Assembly (NCBI RefSeq): GCF_963921235.1 | Contig: NC_086097.1 | Coordinates: forward strand, 222,396,001-222,460,000 | Direction: 5' to 3' | From: Mobula hypostoma | Taxonomy: Eukaryota | DNA length: 64,000 nt | Shown here: positions 26,776 through 40,946 of the stretch, one piece after another | Layout: every line of letters starts with the position of its first letter | Position numbering within the stretch: the stretch's first letter is position 1 | Made by a program: the position numbers and the translations under genes | Notes under the pieces: model-generated | What the model was told of the DNA's origin: nothing | Databases searched by the model: none | What the model saw: only the letters and a program-made list of their open reading frames with translations

Positions 26776-27589
26776 TGTTCCCTCCAACTCTACATGCTAC
26801 TGTTCTATAGTTCAGCTGGTGGCAAGGCCAGCCTTTATTCTCCCAGCCCCACCATTGTATGACAGTATTGTATCTTATGCAATGCAGAGTAAACACAAAT
26901 AATACTTACTGTGATTTTCACGGCCCCTGTAGAGAGGTCCAAACTGCTGAAGCATTCATTCATTTGTCTGTACTATCACATTTCCTGTGGGTATCTTGCT
27001 CTCATTGTACACATGGGCTTAGGCACAGATAATCCTTGACACTAAGTAGTCAACTGTTGTGGGGTGGTTGTCTCTCAAGTGTAGGGGGCAGAGTAGACTG
27101 CTACAGAATGAAGGCATTATCCTGGCTATTATCCAGCATGATTCACTATTTGTGGTCATGTGCAGAATGGGATGATGAAGAAATGGGATCTCTTTCAGTT
27201 GTGGTATGGGGAGAATTGTCAGACAGTGTCCATGTGGTGTTCCGTGTGTGTAGTCAGTGATGTTCTGGGGAAGTCCGCAATCCTGGCAAAGCTGCAGGCT
27301 CACTCTGTCTTCTGATCTTTGGCAAGGGAGGATAAAGCATTGTTGTTTAATCAAAAGCCTCAGTGACCTTGCCGACATATCAGTGGATGACAAGCTGCAA
27401 GATGCTTTAAATATTTCAGGCTCCAGCACAGAACTTGCCAAACATATAAAATTTAATTGACAGTCATGGGAGAAGTGTTTTTTGTTCTGCTCTGATTACC
27501 GGTCTGGGCACAGCAGGTGGTAGATCTCACCCTATCCAAACTGAAAGTATGGTTCACATGTTATTCTTCATTATTTAGCTACCAGAATG

Positions 27590-30500
27590 AACTAATAAAA
27601 ATGTAAGAGCATTAAGTTCCCTGAGCCTGCTCCACCATTTGATAGGTCATAGTAGATCATTTACCTCAAATCTTGTTTTTGTCACTTCTTTCCCTAACTG
27701 TTGATTATTGTAATATCTAGAAATTGATGAGTACAATCATTGACTGAACCACTACAGCCCTCCAGGACAGGCCAGGAATTCCAAAGATTCATCATCCTCT
27801 AAGTGAAGAAATTTCTGAACATTTCAGTCCAAAATGGCCTAGTCTTTTATTTCAGTCTGTGACCTGAGAAAAGTTCTCTTGTATATATCCTGTGGAGCCT
27901 TCTAAGAATTTAGTACGTCATAATGAGGTCATCTGTCACATGTATAAACTCTGAAGAATAGAAGCCTAGCCTAATCAATCTCTCCTCAAATGACAGACCA
28001 TCATCCCAGTAATCATGGCAGAGTGGCACAGCTAGTAGAGCCGTTGTCTCCCTGTCAAATACCAAAATTGTAACCTCATATTTAGAACATAGAACAAAAT
28101 AACATAGAACAGGAACCGAATCTTCAACCCACCATGTCTGCAGCAGTCATGAGGCCAATCTAACTAATCCCAGCAACGAAAGAATATCCCTTTATTCCTT
28201 GACTGTTTTTGTGTCTTTCTAAAAACCTCTTAAATGTTCTGATTGTATCTACTGCTACCAACTCTCCAGCAGTGTGTTCCGGGCATCTGTCACCCATTGC
28301 TAACTTCCCTCACACATTTCCTTTAGACTTTACCCTCTTACTAAACTATGCTCTCAAGTATTTGACATTTCCACCATGGGACAATAACTTTCTAACCTAT
28401 CTATGCCTCTCATATATATGCTCCTTGGCCTCTGACATATCAGAGAAAACAATCCAAGTTTATCCAACTTGAACTTGTAGGTAATACAGTCCAATCCAGT
28501 CAACATCCTAATGGACATCTTCAGCACCCTCTCCAAAGCTTCCACATCTTTTTATAGTATGGCAACCAGAAATGCATACAATACTCTAAATGTAGCCTAA
28601 ACTAAAGTTTTATACAGCTGCAACATGACTTGCCAACATTTGTATTCATCACCCTGACTGATGGAGGCAAACATGTCACTTGCCCCCTTTATTCTCCTGT
28701 CCACTTGTGGTGGTATCTTAAAGGTACTCTTGCACTTCAACGTCCCTCGTTACATCAATACTCATAAAGATTCATAATTTACTCCATGTTCTTCTCCTGC
28801 ATTTGACCTCACATAATGCATCACTTCACATTCCATCTACCATTTCTCTGCCCAATTTTCCACTGATCTACATCCTGCTATATGCTTTGACAAACTTTTT
28901 CACTATCCATATCTTTACCAATTTTCATGCTCTCTGCAAACTTACTAATCAGACCACCTATATATTCATCCAAATAATTTAAAACTATTCCAAACAACAG
29001 GAGTCCCAGCATTGATCCTTGCATCACTAGACAGACTATAAGTCAGGTAAATACCCGTCTACTACTACTCTCTGTCATCTATGTCTAAGCCAATTTTGCA
29101 TCCAATTTACCAACATACTGTGGATTCCATAGAGCTTTATTTTCTGGACCAACACTCTGTGACCATGCTTGTCACATGGACAACATGTACAGCTCTACCA
29201 TCTTCAATCATCTTCATCACCTCCTCAAAAATCTGAATTAAATTTGTGAGATTTTCCCCACCCAGCCATTCCCTAAAAAGTCCATGCTTTTCCAAATGCA
29301 AAAAGTCCTACACCTAAATTCTTTTCCAGTAATTCCCCTGTGTCTGATGTAAGGTTCACCAGCCTTAAATTTGCTGGATAATCCCTATTGCCTTCCTTTA
29401 AGAAAGGAACAACATTGTTATTCTTTAGTCTAATGGGACCTCACAAGTGGCTAAGAAGAGTATCAAGATCTCAGTCAAGTCCCTTCCTTCAGTATCATGG
29501 GATAGATTCCATCAAGTTCTGGCGGCTTATCCACCTTAATGCTTCTCAGGACATGCAACACTCCTGTATTCTCACAAATTTCGACATACCCTTCCCTCAC
29601 ATCATCCATTTCCTTTTTGGGAAAAAAACAATCCAAAGTATCCATTTCAGACCTCACTGACTTTTTCTAGCTCCATGCATCAATACCCTCAATTTTTTTT
29701 TTTTGTTTGGGTATCTGCCCTTTCCCTGTCTGCTTTCTTGATTCTAATACAAACATAAAAGGTCTTTGGATTTGCCTTAATCCCATTTACCAGGAGGATT
29801 TCATGGCTCTATTTTGCCATGTTGTACTCCATCTGCCATGATATTTACCAGTCATTCAGGTTTTCTACATCCCTCTGAAACCTCTCTGCACTACTGATGT
29901 TTCAATTTAATTTCATGTGACTAACATGCTAGTTTTGCACCCTTAGCCAAACTATTGCATTCAGTCGTGAATAGTGAGCAGGGATTCAAGAACTGAATCA
30001 CCACAACTTCTAGCTGAGAAAGAGCTGTTTATTCATAATTTTTTTGTTTTCTGTCTGTTAGCCAATTCACAATCTACACAAGCTATAACCTCTGTGCTTT
30101 AATCATTCTGAAAATCCATTGGTTTCCCCCATCTTCTCTAGTACGTACATCAACAAAGAAGTCTACTTGATTTGACCATTGTGATTTACCTTTCATCAGG
30201 TGCTTGTTGACTCTGCTCATTAATATCTCTATTTTCTCAGTGTTTTAAATCACATCACTTTCCGTCATCAGTTTCTTCAGATTTATCAGTTAACAGGTTC
30301 ATGAATTTCACTAATAATACTAATCTTTATTTCTTTACTAATATTACTTTGACTTCCCTTTTTGTATGACACCATTGAATCACCAGCAGTTATGGACATT
30401 TTTTATGACTTCTTCCATGAAGATAGATAGAAAATATTTGTTTCATTATTTTTCTATTTAAATATAATAATTGTTTACAGTTTTTGCCCCTTCCCTAATC

Positions 30501-30680
30501 CCTATGACAAAATTCTCTAGGTATACTTTATTTTTGAACCCATCGAAAACCCTACGGTTTCTTTTTGAGTTTCTTGACAGTTTATTCTCTTACTCTGTTT
30601 CTTTACCAAATTTTTGGTTATGTTTTATTAATTTATAAACCATACTCAATCCTCTGCCTTACTGCATTATCTGGAAACCT
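27590..30680 (-). mobile_element. Several adjacent decayed CR1 fragments
   Basis: EALERVLKMSIRML (28354-28545) and IKVDKPPELDGIYPMILKE (29475-29657); tagaaca-type tail at ~28083-28110. Confidence 0.7.
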
Positions 30681-30799
30681 CATAGACCATTTTTTCATTG
30701 TAGCTGCACCTCACTGTACTTGAGTACATGATGATAAACTCATCTCGACTTGACTTTTCCTTAGAATTAATTGGCCTCTAATTCCTCCTGTAATCAAAG

Positions 30800-31470
30800 T
30801 TCAAAAATTCAAAGTAAATTTAATATCAAACTACTTATAGCGTCACCTTAAGATTCAGTTTCTTGCTGGCATTCACAGTAAATACAGAAACACATGCCAA
30901 ATCAATGAAAAACCACACACAAGATGAATTGACAAGCAATATGCAAAAGGCAACAAACTGACCAAATGCAAAAAGACAACAAAAATGAAATAAATAAATA
31001 AATAAATAAATAGACAGACAAACAAACAAACAAACAAACAAACAAGCAAGCAAGCAAGCAAGCAATAGATGTAAAGAACATGAGATAAAAAGTCCTTGAA
31101 TGTGAGTCCATTGATTGTGGGAACAGTTCAGTGTTCGGTTGATTGAAGTTATCCCCTCTGATTCAGGATGATAACTGTTCCTAAACTGGGTGGTGACAGT
31201 ACTGAGGCTCCAGTACTGATGGCAGCAGTGAGAAGAGAGCTTGACATGAATAGTGGAAATCTTTGATTATGGGTGCTGCTTTTCTGCAAGCGCACTCCTT
31301 GCAGATGTACTCACTGAGGGGGAGGGCTTTACCCATGAAGGACTGGGCTTTGTCCACTACTTTTTGTAGGCTTTTCCATTCAAGAACACTGATGTTTCCA
31401 TACCTGATCATGATGCAACCGCCAAGCATCTATAGGAGTTTGTCAGAGTTTTAGGTGACATGCTGAATTT
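30800..31470 (-). mobile_element. Rex1/Babar-type LINE 3' fragment
   Basis: GCIMIRYGN...LQKVVDKAQSFMGKALP...CRKAAPIIKD...FSLLPS. Confidence 0.82.
30987..31064. repeat. Compound tetranucleotide microsatellite (AAAT)n(AGAC)n(AAAC)n(AAGC)n
   Basis: Directly visible in the sequence. Confidence 0.95.
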
Positions 31471-32339
31471 CACTACTCAGTTCTTTAACTGCGAGACATA
31501 ATCTGTTCACTGTCATGCCTTTATGTATTTTACCATCCTACCATTGCAAACCTCCTGCTCACAATTGTATAGTTTCCTTTTTTTTTGGATTGAAAGCCCT
31601 AGTTTCAGACAGAACTACATGTTTTTTTCAAATAGTTTCAATTTGTAATATATTAACAATATATTTCCTAGACCTCTCTTTCCATTAAGGTTGTTAATAG
31701 CCCCTTTTCTCTCTGTATAATACCAGATTTAAAATAGCCTGTTCCCTAGTTAGTTTTTCAATATACTGATCCTCAGATTGATCTTGTAAAAATTCACCCT
31801 ATGCATTACTCTATGATTACTGTATTATTCTTGTTATAGACATCTGCATGTTAATTCATTATATCATGCCCCACATCACAAATACTAATCATAGATCTAT
31901 AAACTACTCCCACCAGGGGTGCAGAGTGAGGCAGGAATTGGAAAATAGAGATTGGTGTGCTGCAGAGCTAGGTCTAAAGACAGTGGATTGGACATGCAGC
32001 CAGAGCCAGGTACTAGGAATGGGAACCCTAGGCTGTGCATGGGGTTAGAAGTCAAGAACATGGGTCAGGTACGTGACCAAAACTTGCAATTGGTACATTG
32101 CAGCCAGAATCAAGGAACAGAAGGAGGCCCAGTGTGTGGCCAAGCTCAGTTAGGGGTGGCCAGATGAAAAGTGAGGAGGGAGGCAGTGGGTTCCTCTGTC
32201 AGCGCCTACACATGAGTCCATGCTCATGAGAATGCTGAATCCCAACTGTTTATGTCCCTACCTTTACGAGCATTAATACTCTGCTCTTCAGTCATCTCAG
32301 AACTCAGTGATTAAAGTTGTGATCAATTTAAATTATTAT

Positions 32340-32960
32340 ATTATGAAGACACGCAGTCCTCTTTTATTGTCATTTAGTAATGCATGCATTAAGAAATGAT
32401 ACAATATTTCCTCCAGTGTGATATCACAAAACACAGGACAGACCAAGACTGAAAAAGAAACTAACAAAACCACATAATTATAACATATAGTTACAACAGT
32501 GCAACAATACCATAACTTGATGAAGAAGTCCATGAGCACAGTAAAGTTCAAAGTCTCTCAAATATCCCACATCTCACGCAGACGGAGAGAAGGAAGAAAA
32601 ACTCTCCTTGCCATACCCGACCACGGTCTGACTCTGAGTCATCCGAAAACTTCGAGCTCTGATCAGCTCTCCAACACCAAGTACTGAGCGCCATCACTAT
32701 CTGAATGACTTGACCTCCTTCTCGGTTGCCAACAGCAGGCAAAGCCGGGGATTTTGAGGCCTTCCCTCCGAAAGATTCCCGACCGCGCAGTAATGACAGC
32801 AGCAAACGAGCGTTTCAGAAATTTTTCAGATGTTCCTCTGTGCTTTCACGTCCATCTTCATCAAATCAGAATTGTCCACAGCCCCTATTTAACAGATACA
32901 ATATCATTTTTCTTCGGAGGGCTGTGCACGCGCAACGCACTGCTTCTCTTCTCCTCCCGC
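32340..32960 (-). mobile_element. Unclassified interspersed repeat with LINE-like 3' end
   Basis: CpG-rich island in AT-rich DNA. The minus strand ends in gacaataaaagagg, similar to the 3' end of 15696-16084. No coding motif. Confidence 0.45.
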
Positions 32961-33195
32961 TGCTTATTGCTTTTGGAAGACATCTTGAATAGACATGCTG
33001 GCACCCTCATCTCTATGTGGCATTGAAAACCAATCAGTGCTTAGAATATGTGTACAGCACATCTGTTGGTTTAATGGCAGTCATACTGACCACACTGGAT
33101 AATGACACCAACACATGGAGCCTCCAGTGTGTTCCCTCCTATCGAGATGAAAATGCTCAAGGTTTTGTATGGAAAAACTTTGTGTATTATAAGTG

Positions 33196-33650
33196 AGAAA
33201 CATAGAAAACATACAGCACCATACAGCCCTTTCAGCCCATAAAACTCTGCCAAACATGTCCCTACCTAAGAACAACCTAGGCTTTACCCATAGCGCTCTG
33301 TTTTTCTAAGTTCCATGTAGCCATCCAAGAGTCTCTTAAAAGACCCTATCATTTCCGCCTCCACCACCGTCACCAGCAGCCCATTCCACGCACTCACCAC
33401 TCTCAGCATAAAAAACTTATCCCTGACATCTCCTCTGCACCTTAACACTATGCCATCTTGTGCTAGCCATTTCAGCCCTGGGGAAAAGCCTCTGACTATC
33501 CACACGATCAATGTCTCTCATCATCTTGGACACCTCTATCAGGTCACCTCCCATCCTCTGTCACTCCAAGGAGAAAAGGCTGAGTTCACTCAACCTATTC
33601 TCATAAGGCATGCTCCCCAATCCAGGCAACATCCTTGTAAATCTCCTCTG
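33196..33650 (-). mobile_element. CR1 3' fragment
   Basis: RGDVRDKFFMLRVVSAWNGL with an (aacataga) tail; same subfamily as 9240-9972. Confidence 0.85.
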
Positions 33651-35034
33651 TCAGGCCAGGGAGTGGGGCAGAGGAGGGGAATAAAGGATCAAACATAATT
33701 AACCTGTGAATCAGACTCAATGAGCTAAATGGTCTAATTCTACTCCTATGTCTTATGGTCTTTGGAGTTTACAGTGATATTCAGCTGAATGGAAAGAATA
33801 AATCAAATATGCTTCCTTCCCCAAAACTCTTTGTCCAGGGAATTAATATGGACAGAACTGCACATGCACCTATATTAAAACATTCATAATGATTAAGGGG
33901 AGACTTCATCAACTGAATTTTTAAGGTGCGCTCTGGATTATCAAGAATTCTTCATCTGGCTGGAAGCTTGCCTGAAGAGAAGTGGGAAGTAATACGTATT
34001 TTAAAAAGATGAAGCAACTGAAGCAAAGTATTTTGCTGCCAAAATTGCTTAAATTCAGCTGCATGACCATTTCTCGAATTTAGTTGTGTAGATGCTCTTG
34101 CAGAGAACAGGAAACTCTGAGAAGCGGCTGCACTATAAACTCTCTAGTTGCCATCACTGTTAAAGTGTAACAGTCTTAGTATTTTAAACAAGATAAGAAT
34201 GTAGTAAATTAGTTAGGTTGGCCATTTATAATGACCCTTCAAGTAAGTATTGGTGGAAATAAGTTATAAATTCATTTCCAATGTTTCTAACATCTAATGA
34301 AATTATCAGTTGTAATTTAGACTAAATGACCAGTAATAGTTGTATTTCCTTTCAGGACACCATCTTAACCAATTACAGTCTTAAAATTCTAGAACTACCT
34401 AAAAATCGACTGATCAACTTCATTCCATTGCACCTTTGCTGTACAGGCTAAGTAAGGCTTCAGTGGAGATAATTGCCTATACATTCATAAGATCTTACAA
34501 ATTAAGCTAATATCACACGACATGGGTATCTCTGACAATTTGCCTTAGTACAGTTGATGCATGACTTTCATGCAAGCATGGGGGGGCACAATTATGGTGT
34601 TTTGCTCATCCAGGTAAGATGAGTAATTTTACGAATCTGTCCATCCGCTGAAACTAATGGGGGCTCATGGATATCACACCTGCACTTATTAAAATGTTGA
34701 CTGCTGAACCTAACCACCACTATAATTTGTTGTATTCTTAGAGAAGCACTAATAGTAACTTTGAAATCACAAGTCTAGTAGTAAACCGCTTGTTTCACAG
34801 ATGGCAAGATATTAATGGAAGAGGCTTGGGAAATGTTCTGCATGCTAGGTAGCACTAGAAACCACTAAGGAAGGGAATGAAGCATCAGTGGGAAGAGGTG
34901 ATTATAGCAATGAATGTTTTAAGTGATGCTGCCAACAACTCCAGTTCCACAAAAACTGTAATGCCACTGTATGCATGGTCAAGGTCAATGGAAAACGCAA
35001 TACATCCCACCTGTCAACAGATCACTTTCGTACT

Positions 35035-35061
35035 TCAAAGTTCAAAGTAAATTTATTATCA

Positions 35062-35120
<59 letters not shown>

Positions 35121-36192
35121 CATATACAACCCTGATATCACTTTTCTTGCTGGCAATCACAGGAAATACAAGAAACATAATAGAATTAATGAAAGACTAA
35201 ACCCAAAAGGCGGCCAACAACCAATGTGCAAAAAAAAACTATGCAAATAGAAAAAGAGAGAGAGAGAAAAAAAATAAGCAATAAGTATTGAGAACACAAA
35301 TAGTGAGTATGGTTCAGTGATGAGGCAAGTGAAGTTATCCCCTCTGGATCAAGAGCTTGATGATTGAGGAGTAATAAATATTCTTGAACCTGGTGGTATG
35401 GTTCCTGAGGCTCCTGTACTTTCTTCCTGATTACAGCAGTGAAAAGAGTGCATGGCATGGATGGCGGAGGTCCTTGATGATGGATGCTGCTTTCATGTGA
35501 CAGTGTTTCACATAGATATGCTCAATGGTGGGGAGGGCTTCACCTGTGATGAACAGGGCCATGTCCGCTTCTTTTTGCAGGTTTTTCCATCCAAAGGCAT
35601 TGGTATTTCCCTACCAGACCATGATGCAACCAGTCAATATACTCTTCACCATACATTTATAGATGTATGTCAGAGTTTTAGATGACATGCCGAATTTTCA
35701 CAAACTTCGAAAAAAGTCGAGGCACTGCTGTATTTTCTTCATAATGGCACTTACATGTTGGACCCAGCATAGATCCTATGAAATAATAACACTGAGGAAT
35801 TTGAAGTTGCTAACCCTCTCCATTTCTGATTCCCCCAATGAGGACTGGCTCATGGATCTCTGGTTTCCACCCCCTGAAGTCAATAATCAGCTCCTTGCTG
35901 ACATTGAGTGAGAAGTTGTTGCTGTGGCACCACTCAGCCAGATTTTCATTCTCCCGCCTATGTGCTGATTCGTCACCACCCTTGATTCATCCCACGGCAG
36001 TGGTTTTGTCGGCGAACTTAAATATGGAATTGGAACTGTGCTTAGCCTTATAGTCATAAAATGAGTAGAGCAGTGGGCTAGCCTTCTGGTGCACCTGTGC
36101 TGAGGAAATTGAAGATCCAGTTGCACAAGAAGGTATTGAGTCCTAGGACTTGAAGCTTATCGAATAGTTTTGAGGGGATGATAGTATTGAAC
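35035..36192 (-). mobile_element. Rex1/Babar-type LINE 3' fragment containing a (TA)n microsatellite at ~35069-35117
   Basis: WCHSNNFSLNVSK and ERVSNFKFLSVIIS.DL.W-like text on minus; shared 3' UTR. Confidence 0.85.
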
Positions 36193-37995
36193 ACTTCTAC
36201 ATCTGAAGTATACTTCTATATCAATCATGCATTTCTCTGACCTACATTCCTAAACAGCCATTCAAACATGCAGTCAATAATACTCTGGCCACTCTCTTGC
36301 AAGAGAAAGTAATTCTTAAATACATTAGTTCTCAGGCATTTGCAATAGAGATCATAGAGGATGATGGTATTCTCATCCCTTCCTTCAGCCTTCTGTCTAC
36401 ACTATTTGCCCTAATATCAAATTTGACCTTGCCTTATATCATTCACGTGATTTAAATGTGGTTCTTTTGTACCTTCCCCCACCCCTCACCATGACCATAC
36501 ACTTGTGTCTTTCTCATTCCAGATAATTGTACCACCTAGGCAGACCCTGGCAGTGAAACCACTTCAGTCAGAGGAGAAACAAGACATCATGTCACTGCAT
36601 CTTTCACTCCATCTACCACTTCAAATCCTAGCACTACATGCATCGTAAAGGGTAGTTCAGAAGTGGAACCTGCACTTGGTGAGTCAACAGGCATGTGTGG
36701 ACAGAAGAAAAGGGTAGCTTATGAGTCAACATTCAAAAGTTGTGATTGCATATCGGATCTGACCTGGAAGTCACAGAATGAGGATTATGATGGAAAACAT
36801 GTTTCATGAAGGTTGATGACCATGCACATCAAAATGCCTAGGGTTCTTGCCTGACTCGCCTAAAATCTACATCAAATATCCATGGCTTTGTGGGAGTCAA
36901 CTTCAACTTTGCACATGTACTTTTTGGACACTGAACTCCCTCCTTTTCAGCATGGATGCTGTCAGGAGCTCCAATTCGTTATGAAATACAATGACAGTGG
37001 CACAGGTCAAAGCTTCCACTGGAGTAGAAGAGAAGCCACTTAGCATTTTGGGTTTTTAATGCTGCTGGAGATGGAAGGATGTTGGGGAAGTGGAGATTGA
37101 CTGGTGGCAGTGGTGGTGGGGAGAGATTGGTATGTGAACTTTGGAACAAATTGGAGACCAGCAGTCTGGATGAAGGCGGGAATTTTAAAGATGTGTTTTG
37201 AGGCAGGAGGGTATTAGGAGACTAATAGATTAGAGGATGAGCTGTGGAGTGCAGGTATAAATTGGGAGACCAGAAATCTGAATGGTAGTGGAGGTAGAAG
37301 TCTGGCAATTTGAACAATGAATCAGGATGAGTGGTTAGAGGTGAGGGATGAGGGCAGTTCAAGATGGTGAAGATTGGATTCAGAGGAGGCTGGAGATTGG
37401 GAGATCAGCAGTTTGAATGCTAGGGGTTAGAAATAAAATAGCTTGGTAATTTGGTAATAATGCGATGGCCAGGCTGGTGGGTTGTGGCAGGAAAATAGGA
37501 AACTGACTTTTTGAGTGGTAGAAACAATGGAGAGGGGGACAAAAAGGAAAAAGGCAATTCATTTGGAGGAGATCAGCAATCCTTGTTTAAATTAGAGGTG
37601 GAAGATTGAGTATTTTGGCTTCAAACTCAGATGATAGAGAAGTTGAGGCAATAAGTCAAGAGATTCAGACTCTGGAACTTGGGCAATCTATGTGTCATAG
37701 GGTGGCATTTAGGGCTTGTAACTGTGAGTAATTGAGGACCTTGGGAGGGAGATTGGTGGAGGAGCTAGGGATCCATACAATATTTAGTGAAGTACAGGGG
37801 CGGTGGATTGAGTGGTGAAATAGATTCGAGATAAGCAGTTAACTTATTTAGTAGGTGCCCTAGGTGAAAGGTTGTTGTCCCTGGAATCATAAACAATAGT
37901 TTCTCCCATGACAGTATGGTCAAAATCCCTTCAGCGTGCTATTTTGCTCAGAAATATATTAATTATTCAATTGTATAACACTATAAAACTTGTGC

Positions 37996-38205
37996 AACAC
38001 AAAAAATGCTGGAGAAACTCAGCAAGTCAGGCAGCATCCATGGAGGGGTATGAACACATGACATTTTGGGCTGAAACTCTTCCAGGATCTCAGCTTGAAA
38101 TGCTTACTGTTTACTCCCCTCATAGATGCTGCCTGACTTGCTGAGTTCCTCCAGCATTTTGTGTGTATTGCTCAAGATTCCCAGAATCTGCCAAATATCT
38201 TGAGT
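37996..38205. mobile_element. Palindromic PLE terminal insertion
   Basis: Inverted arms, with a 17-bp direct repeat cactataaaacttgtgc / cactgtaaaacttgtgc (37979-37995 / 38206-38222). Confidence 0.85.
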
Positions 38206-39227
38206 CACTGTAAAACTTGTGCTGTGCAATTGAATTTCTAAGAAAAAGAGTATTGTATATTTTTGTCGACATTCAATTATGGAGATAAATTGAGAGGTTT
38301 CTAGTACACCTTTGATTCTACTCTCAGAGAAAAGCATGGACCATTATCTAATGTCTTCGGAAGAGCGTGATTAACTTGCCCAAGCCAATGAGATCTGATT
38401 GTCCATTGGATGCAGGTCATTGATATATTTACTGCTAAAAAAAAATTAAGTTTAGGTCAGGTTGGAACATATCTTCTCAATTTGGGTCAATATGATTCAC
38501 GTAGTATTATTACATGGCCTCGGTTCTTGATCAATATTTTGTGCCTCAGCAGAAACAATTTGTTAGTATGTTGGAGGTTCATATATTTGTTGCAGTAGTT
38601 GGGTTGGTGCTATAAAAAATACATGTTAATCAATTTTGGGTTGTTTTATAATTTTATACCCAAGCTGACCTCTGCTTTTTGTTGGTGTACAGAACTTCTG
38701 TAACCTGATTTTGGGAGTCTCATTCATCATTGCAAAACCCACAGTCTCCACCTGAATTATTAGCTGATTATGGTAATTTTCTGCACATTGGCAATCTCTG
38801 AAGATGTTTAAGAATGCTTAGAAAATGATAGCTAGTGAGGAACTCCCAAAAGCTGTCATCATACATTTGTTCTGAACCGGAAGACACACATGGAGATTAT
38901 GATGGACGTGCACTTGGGAGTACCTGGGGCATTGCCTGATTTGCATAAAATCTGCATCGATTGTCCATGGGAATTGTGGTAATCTAATCCAAATTTGTAT
39001 TTGGCCTTTGTAGATCCTTTCTAGCATGGAAACAACACATCATTGCTGAATGCACAGATCATCGCTTTCACTGAAGTTCAGGAGAAAGCCACTTTCATGA
39101 TGTAAGGGATTATTGACAGGCACTCGCATGGTGCGATATTAACTTAGCTCTTTGGAACAGATTGTCTCTTTTTTATTCCCTTGTGAGTGGAGTGGCGTTG
39201 ATCTCATGAATTTATGAGGTATAAGAC

Positions 39228-39782
39228 AGAATCAGACTCAAGTTTATTATCATTGATATATGTTGTGAAATTTGTTGTTTTATGGCAGCAGCACAGTACA
39301 AGACATTGAAATTACTACAAGTAAGAAATAAATAAATAAATAAATAATAAATAGTGTGATAGAAGAATAACAAGGTATTGTTCATAGGTTCATGGACCAT
39401 TCAGAAATCTGATGGCAAAGGCTAAGAAGTTGTCCCTAAAATGCTGCATCAGGCTCCTAGACCTTCACCACAGTAGTAGTAATAAGAAGAGGGCATATCT
39501 CAAAATGTGAGAGTCCTTAAAGTCCTTCTTGGGGAACTGCTTTTGAAGATATCCTCAATGGTGGAGAGGGTTGAGTCCACAGTGGAGCTGGTTGAGTCCA
39601 TAACCCTCTGCAGCCTCTTGCAACCCTGCACATTGGAACCTCCAAACTGGATAGTTATGCAACCTGTAAGAATGCTTTTCACCATACATCGATAGACATT
39701 TACTAGAACCTTTAGCAATATCCAAAACTTCCTTAGACTCCTGAGGAAATACAGCCACTGGTGTGCCTTCTTTGTGATTGTT
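39228..39782 (-). mobile_element. Rex1/Babar-type LINE 3' fragment
   Basis: VLVNVYRCMVKSILTGCITIQFG...KRLQRVMDS. Confidence 0.82.
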
Positions 39783-40810
39783 CCACTTTACTTACATATC
39801 CAAAATATTCCCTCCTCTCTTTACTGCCATTGACTTCCCTTTTCCTTCTGTTCACCCCTTTCTTTTAACTGTGCTCTTGTACCACAAACAAGAGCGAGTC
39901 CCCCTTGACAGCAACATTGTAGAGGATCAAATAGTCAACAACAACGTATGATGCCATGTCTGGATAACACTGAAACACATCACTGAGTTCTCTAGATAAT
40001 GAAATCTCATTCAGAGGAACCCTCTGACACCTGCGCTGATCTCCAAGTGGCTCAGACAGGAATGAGGAACCAAAGATAAAAGAGTTAATCTTTGTTCCCC
40101 AAGAGCCTTCCACACCCAAATGATGCCATGGATGAAATATAGACTAGTCTACCTGAGAAAGAGTGAGATTCCTAGATACATGCCAAGAGCCAAGAGAATT
40201 TTTTCCTAACTCTGGAAATCTGCACAACGATATTGCCTGCTATTTGATACTCAAAGAAATACATTCCCTTTTCTGAGCATAGAGAGCATTAGTAAATAGA
40301 CTTTGAAATGTAGCATAGCCACTGATGAACTTGACTTATTCAGATACTGAGTTCAGAGTGACCATTATCAAAGTGAACGTCATCTCCGAATGGAGAGCAA
40401 TTTGGGTAGAGGTGGAGATTATTGCAAATGCAGGTAGATGGCTAGAGCTCTGCTTACAGAAAGTGACAAGTTTGTCTCCACTCCCTTGTAAATTCATGGA
40501 CTCTGGATGCATTGTTCCTTGAACAGCAAGAAGTAGGAAAGAGGCTCACAAAAGATTCTTGTACTCCTAACTAGAACCCTCCTCCTTCTGTCTCTGGCGG
40601 GCAGTTCAGCCTTATGATTCCTGTACTCTAGTTAAGATGGAGCACAGTGCTATCATGACTGAAGCTCTCATAATATACAATGATAACAGAGAGCCTCAGC
40701 ACTTGCTTATGCTCACTCCAAGATTTGTAGTTGCAAGCCTATTGAATGAAAGTCAATCCCTGACAAACCAGCAATTAATTGGTGACTGTTTTATATTGTG
40801 GAACTGTTTT

Positions 40811-40946
40811 TAGTTCTGAAGAAGGGTCTCAGCCTGAAACATTGACGGTTTGTTCATTTCAATGGACACTGCCTGACCTGCTGAGCTCCTCCAGCATTTT
40901 GTGTGTTGCTTTGGATTTCCAACATCTGCCGCAATTCTTGTGTTTA
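40811..40946 (+). mobile_element. PLE terminal fragment with degenerate hammerhead
   Basis: tagttCTGAAGAagggtctcagcctGAAACattgac followed by the shared terminus. Confidence 0.75.

Noticed and set aside
30835..31111. Hydrophobic, membrane-like ORFs (LLACLFVCLF...); similarly 34975-35250 and 43097-43460
   Set aside because: Translations of microsatellites.
36900..37890. Purine-rich block, possibly an old L2-like LINE on minus (also 27000-27480 and 39790-40700)
   Set aside because: Too decayed to show a diagnostic motif, so left unassigned.
39001..39108. AG...GTAAGG-bounded exon-like segment
   Set aside because: All three frames contain stops, and there is no evidence for a non-coding exon.
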